Positions 60,161 to 64,000 of a stretch of 64,000 nt of DNA are shown piece after piece (the first letter of the stretch is position 1; every line of letters starts with the position of its first letter). This DNA comes from Pyrodictiaceae archaeon (GTDB lineage: Archaea > Thermoproteota > Thermoprotei_A > Sulfolobales > Pyrodictiaceae): NCBI GenBank assembly GCA_027036135.1, contig JALVSY010000030.1, positions 1 to 64,000 of the forward strand, given 5' to 3'. The notes beneath the pieces are model-generated. The model searched no databases, was not told the origin of the DNA, and saw only the letters and a list, made by a program, of their open reading frames with translations. Made by a program: the position numbers and the translations under genes.

Positions 60161-60508
60161 TTGAGGAGGAACCGAGCCAAGATACATAGGCATAGGTGCT
60201 GTAAGCCGGGTTATCGTGGAGAGCTATGTGAGCTCTTAGAGACCCTGCTTCTCAACTCCCGTGACTTCTTTGACAAAAATGATTGTCTTAACAGCGATGG
60301 TAGGCGACTACTTGAGACAATTATCCGCCTACTACTGGACGAACACCACGAGTATAAAGAGCTTGTTAAACGCGTACGTAAACATCCATGTCTGGAGAAC
60401 ATATTGCGCTTATCAAGCGTTTTCTATAACTGCGATGCATACCTGTTCTACAGTATTGGCCGCAGATCATGGTATAGCATAGGGAATGGTGATATTATGC
60501 TGGGATGA
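60161..60508 (+). CDS. Hypothetical protein
   Basis: ORF 3 nt after the glycosyltransferase; LNSDGRRLLE pattern. Confidence 0.5.
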   Translation: MRRNRAKIHRHRCCKPGYRGELCELLETLLLNSRDFFDKNDCLNSDGRRLLETIIRLLLDEHHEYKELVKRVRKHPCLENILRLSSVFYNCDAYLFYSIGRRSWYSIGNGDIMLG

Positions 60509-60569
60509 GTGAACCAACAATCATAAAATTGATCATATCTTAATTTAATATACTATGTTATTAATATAA

Positions 60570-62111
60570 TTATTGATATGAAAGAAGTTCTGATCTCCTC
60601 CTTCTTAGTGCCATTATTCTTCGCGCTGACTCCAAGGCGTAAAAGAATCCTACAACCTCTAGGCGGCCAAGAGTCATTAACACCATGAGTATTATTTTAG
60701 CTGATAGAGGTGCCGAAGCAGATGTTATCCCTACGCTTAGACCCGTGGTGGCGAGTGCGCTGGCAACCTCGAACGCAGCATCTATAACATGGTATTGCGG
60801 GTTAAACACAACCATGAGTATGGTCCCGAGGGTTTCTCCTACTATGTAGAAGGCAATAACGGCAAAAACTGCTGCTATCTCTGAATAATCTATAGTGTAG
60901 CCGCCTATGCGCCTCCTCACTATAACGTCTCCCTGAAGCGTCTCTTTTATATTCCACCACATGTTCTTAAAGAACACTATTAGTCTATATTGCTTGATGC
61001 CGCCAGTTGTTGAGAGAACCGAGCCACCTATTAGCATAAGGATTATAAGTATTAGCTTCCATAGCTCCGGCGCCTTGCCCAGATTACTTATGCTGAAACC
61101 AGTTGTTGTTACAGCACTTACTACATCGAAGAGCGCTTCCCTGAACGGGTTATTGGTTGTCCACTTCATACCGAGTCGTAGTAGAAGCGGAGCCGATAGC
61201 AACGTCGTTATTGCTATTATTAGGAGGAGAGATGTTGTTTCTCCACTAAACTTCCTCTTCTTACCAGTAAGAAGCGCGTAGAGGTCTGCGAAGTTGCATG
61301 CACCGAATATCATGCCTGCTATTACTGCTAGCTCTATTTTGAAAGAATGGTAGAACGCTATACTAGCGCTATGTGTCTCGAAGCCACCAGTCGAGAGAGC
61401 AGTCATTGCATCATATACTGCGTTTGGGAGCGGGGCGCCAGCGAAGTATATGAGCGCTATATCTACTAGGGTGAAGAAGAGGTATGTGAGCATTAGTGCT
61501 CTTAGGCTTTTGGCTATGCTTGGTTCTAGTCTCTCGTATCTGCCCTCTGCTAGGCCTACGAGGTGAGCTGGGAGCCCGCCTAGCCGGGCGAACACGAAGA
61601 ACATAACCACTATGCCGAAGCCTCCTAGCCACTGGCAATAAGCCCTCCACCACAAAATACTCGGAGGAAGCTGCTCCACGCTGGGTACATAGCGGTGGAA
61701 AAACGGGTCAACACCACCAGTGAACACAGAGAGACCAGTAGTAGTATAGCCACTAATACTCTCAAACCAAGAATCAACCAAGGGTATATGGAGAACAACA
61801 CTAACCGGAACAGCAGAGAAAAAAGGAGTCAAAACCCAAGCAAGAGCAACAAGAACAAATGCTTCCTCTTTTCGCATGCTACGTGAGGGCCTAGTATACA
61901 TGAGCCATATTATCGAAAATGCCAGATATCCTATACTCCAGGCTAGTAATTGCAATGAATACAGAATATCTCCGCTAAGAAGTCCCGTGATTGCAGCTAA
62001 TAAGTGAGTTATGCCAGCAAACGCTACTGATACGACAAGATACCTAACTAAGGGAGATACATAAATAACACGCCCTGACTCTGTACGCCTCGCCGAAGTA
62101 ATGCTTGCCAT
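60570..62111 (-). CDS. trkH: Trk potassium uptake membrane protein
   Basis: FESISGYTTTG, QWLGG, STGGF, TTTGF, GGIK, GRLE. Confidence 0.93.
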   Translation of the reverse strand: MASITSARRTESGRVIYVSPLVRYLVVSVAFAGITHLLAAITGLLSGDILYSLQLLAWSIGYLAFSIIWLMYTRPSRSMRKEEAFVLVALAWVLTPFFSAVPVSVVLHIPLVDSWFESISGYTTTGLSVFTGGVDPFFHRYVPSVEQLPPSILWWRAYCQWLGGFGIVVMFFVFARLGGLPAHLVGLAEGRYERLEPSIAKSLRALMLTYLFFTLVDIALIYFAGAPLPNAVYDAMTALSTGGFETHSASIAFYHSFKIELAVIAGMIFGACNFADLYALLTGKKRKFSGETTSLLLIIAITTLLSAPLLLRLGMKWTTNNPFREALFDVVSAVTTTGFSISNLGKAPELWKLILIILMLIGGSVLSTTGGIKQYRLIVFFKNMWWNIKETLQGDVIVRRRIGGYTIDYSEIAAVFAVIAFYIVGETLGTILMVVFNPQYHVIDAAFEVASALATTGLSVGITSASAPLSAKIILMVLMTLGRLEVVGFFYALESARRIMALRRRRSELLSYQ

Positions 62112-62709
62112 TCCCGGATCCTCTGTTCAAGGCTTAGAGTATTAACCTCTCCGAGAAGCATCGGCTTTACTGATTCATAGGATAAAACGCTTTATCTTTT
62201 GCTGGACGTTTATAATACTTCTCTTAAACATAACCAGTGTTATCATTGAAAGCCAACCTGGTACTTAACTAGCTCTCAACAAGCATATCAAATGACAATA
62301 ATCAAGTGAATTATACCAGCTACCGCTACGTAGGGCACTATATAAGTATGTAGAAGAATTGAACAACCAATTTCAATTATTCATCATTCAAACATGCAAT
62401 GACTTGGCTCTATAAAAGTAAAAGGCATTACTTTATGACTGGCTTCACAAACTCTTCTCTGAATCTAATACAAATCTTCAGCGCCTCCTTACCAGTGCTG
62501 AATAAGCTAGTTTAACATGCATCAAACAAGATACCATGACCGCTAAACAACGTCACCAAGGGACTTTACTAGCTTCTAGGCTGAGAGCCATGGATGAAAA
62601 TGCTCATAAAACCTAATGAGAAGGATGATGGTGACGACACTTGTCTAGAAGTCTTAGGAAAACGATCTTTGGTTTAGCTTAACCGAGCAAAGGAGATTTG
62701 AACAGGGGG

Positions 62710-62786
<77 letters not shown>

Positions 62787-62870
62787 ACCTCCTCGCCTAG
62801 GGGAGGGTTCCGTGTTCTTGTTGCATTGTCTGGGACTCTAGCTTATATTGGCTTCTCTCGTGGCGGTATC

Positions 62871-63359
62871 CTAGGTTAGTCTTATTATTGCCTCGTTTAC
62901 TTTTCTCCTTACCTCGTCTATGCTTGGTAGCTCTGCTATCATTCTTACCTTGAGGGTTATTGTTATCTCGCCTTCCCCAGCATCATAGGTTACATCGTAC
63001 TCGTCTACTCCTTGGAACTCCTCGGACGATTCTATACTCGCTGCGATTTCTTCCTCTACTACTCGTTTATCAAGGCCTTTATCGACCCGTATAGTGTACA
63101 CTGCTTCTACGCCATCCGGGCTCGCGTCGATGAAGACGCTCTCTATCCCGGAGCCCGGTGACAGCTGAATAACTATTCTCGGACCATAGGGATCTATCTC
63201 TATGTCCTCAACCGTTGTAATCTTAGCGCCAAGGGGCTCTATTATTGGTCGAAGTGCTTTCTCAACCAGCTTAGCTAGTCTGATTAGGTGCTCGTCCTCA
63301 GCCAATGAATTCACACCATTATCCTGGTTTATGAGAAGAGAAGCTATTACCTTTCCCAA
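62871..63359 (-). CDS. Acidic hypothetical protein
   Basis: Natural-looking ORF; start probably near 63314 or 63305. Confidence 0.65.
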   Translation of the reverse strand: MGKVIASLLINQDNGVNSLAEDEHLIRLAKLVEKALRPIIEPLGAKITTVEDIEIDPYGPRIVIQLSPGSGIESVFIDASPDGVEAVYTIRVDKGLDKRVVEEEIAASIESSEEFQGVDEYDVTYDAGEGEITITLKVRMIAELPSIDEVRRKVNEAIIRLT

Positions 63360-63452
63360 ACCTCAACTAACTCCTAGGTATGAATATTACGTAATAATTG
63401 TAAACGGTAATTAGGATCCGAGTATCGCGAAAATAATTGCTAAGGCATAGAT

Positions 63453-64000
63453 CTATTTCTTTGCCTCTGTTAGTTTCTCCTCGACGAATTCTCTGATGCG
63501 CTTAGTGCCTTCAACTATGTCTTCTCGGTTCACCGCGAAGCTTATGCGTATGAAGCCCTTGCCTGCTTTGTCAGGGAAGTTGGTTCCTGGCAGGGTTACT
63601 ACTGCTTTCTCCTCTACTAGTTTCTCTGAGAACTCCTCTGTTGAGAACCCGGTCTCTTTGAGTACCTTGGCTATTCGTGGAAAGATGTAGAAGGCGCCAC
63701 GCGGCTTTGCTACCTCGAATCCGGGTACCTTGCTGAGCTCCTCGTATATGAGGTCACGGCGCCGCCTAAACTCCTCTATCATCTTCTTGACGGGCTCCCA
63801 TGGGCCGCGGAGAGCTGCTGCTCCTGCCCGCTGACTGATACTCGGCGCGCAGCTATAGATGTTGACTGCGAGTCTTCTCAGAGCTGTTATTACCTCTTTC
63901 TTCGCTGCTATGTAGCCTAGCCTGAACCCTGTCATCGCGAATGTCTTTGAGTGCCCATTAACGTATATCACGTAGTCCTTCCAGCCTGACTGCTCAAGGA
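63453..64000 (-). CDS. Class I/II PLP-dependent aminotransferase (aspartate aminotransferase-like), 5' part outside the window
   Basis: NGHSKTFAMTGFRLGY, GAFYIFP, FIRISFA. Confidence 0.93.
   Translation of the reverse strand, partial: LEQSGWKDYVIYVNGHSKTFAMTGFRLGYIAAKKEVITALRRLAVNIYSCAPSISQRAGAAALRGPWEPVKKMIEEFRRRRDLIYEELSKVPGFEVAKPRGAFYIFPRIAKVLKETGFSTEEFSEKLVEEKAVVTLPGTNFPDKAGKGFIRISFAVNREDIVEGTKRIREFVEEKLTEAKK

Overview
Hyperthermophilic crenarchaeal DNA. Gene content, CRISPR repeat type and CTAG-rich composition point to Desulfurococcales, probably Pyrodictiaceae (inference). The window starts on a CRISPR repeat plus leader. A ~6.3 kb island of mostly broken toxin-antitoxin genes follows, then a second homologous leader driving a one-spacer mini-array next to a stand-alone cas6. 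Further along are a lesioned TasA/AbpA/thread-like filament locus with its own signal peptidase, housekeeping and transport genes (lplAB, archease, Liv ABC, peroxiredoxin, crcB, AOR, PPP phosphatase), a probable C/D-box sRNA, and a B12-rSAM + SPASM-rSAM pair resembling Gmm/Gms lipid-modifying enzymes. The best candidate for an undescribed system is 43.3-52.4 kb. It holds three proteins sharing DUF2226-like modules (fused to a degenerate di-iron MBL/ODP-like domain or a TusA-like domain), a roadblock protein, two V4R-like proteins and a divergent group-3-like [NiFe] hydrogenase translationally coupled to a tandem-V4R gene. This suggests kinase-independent H2/redox signalling. The window ends with fumarase, succinate dehydrogenase/fumarate reductase, N-glycosylation genes, trkH, tRNA-Ala and a partial aminotransferase. 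All family calls come from motif recognition by eye; no database search was run.
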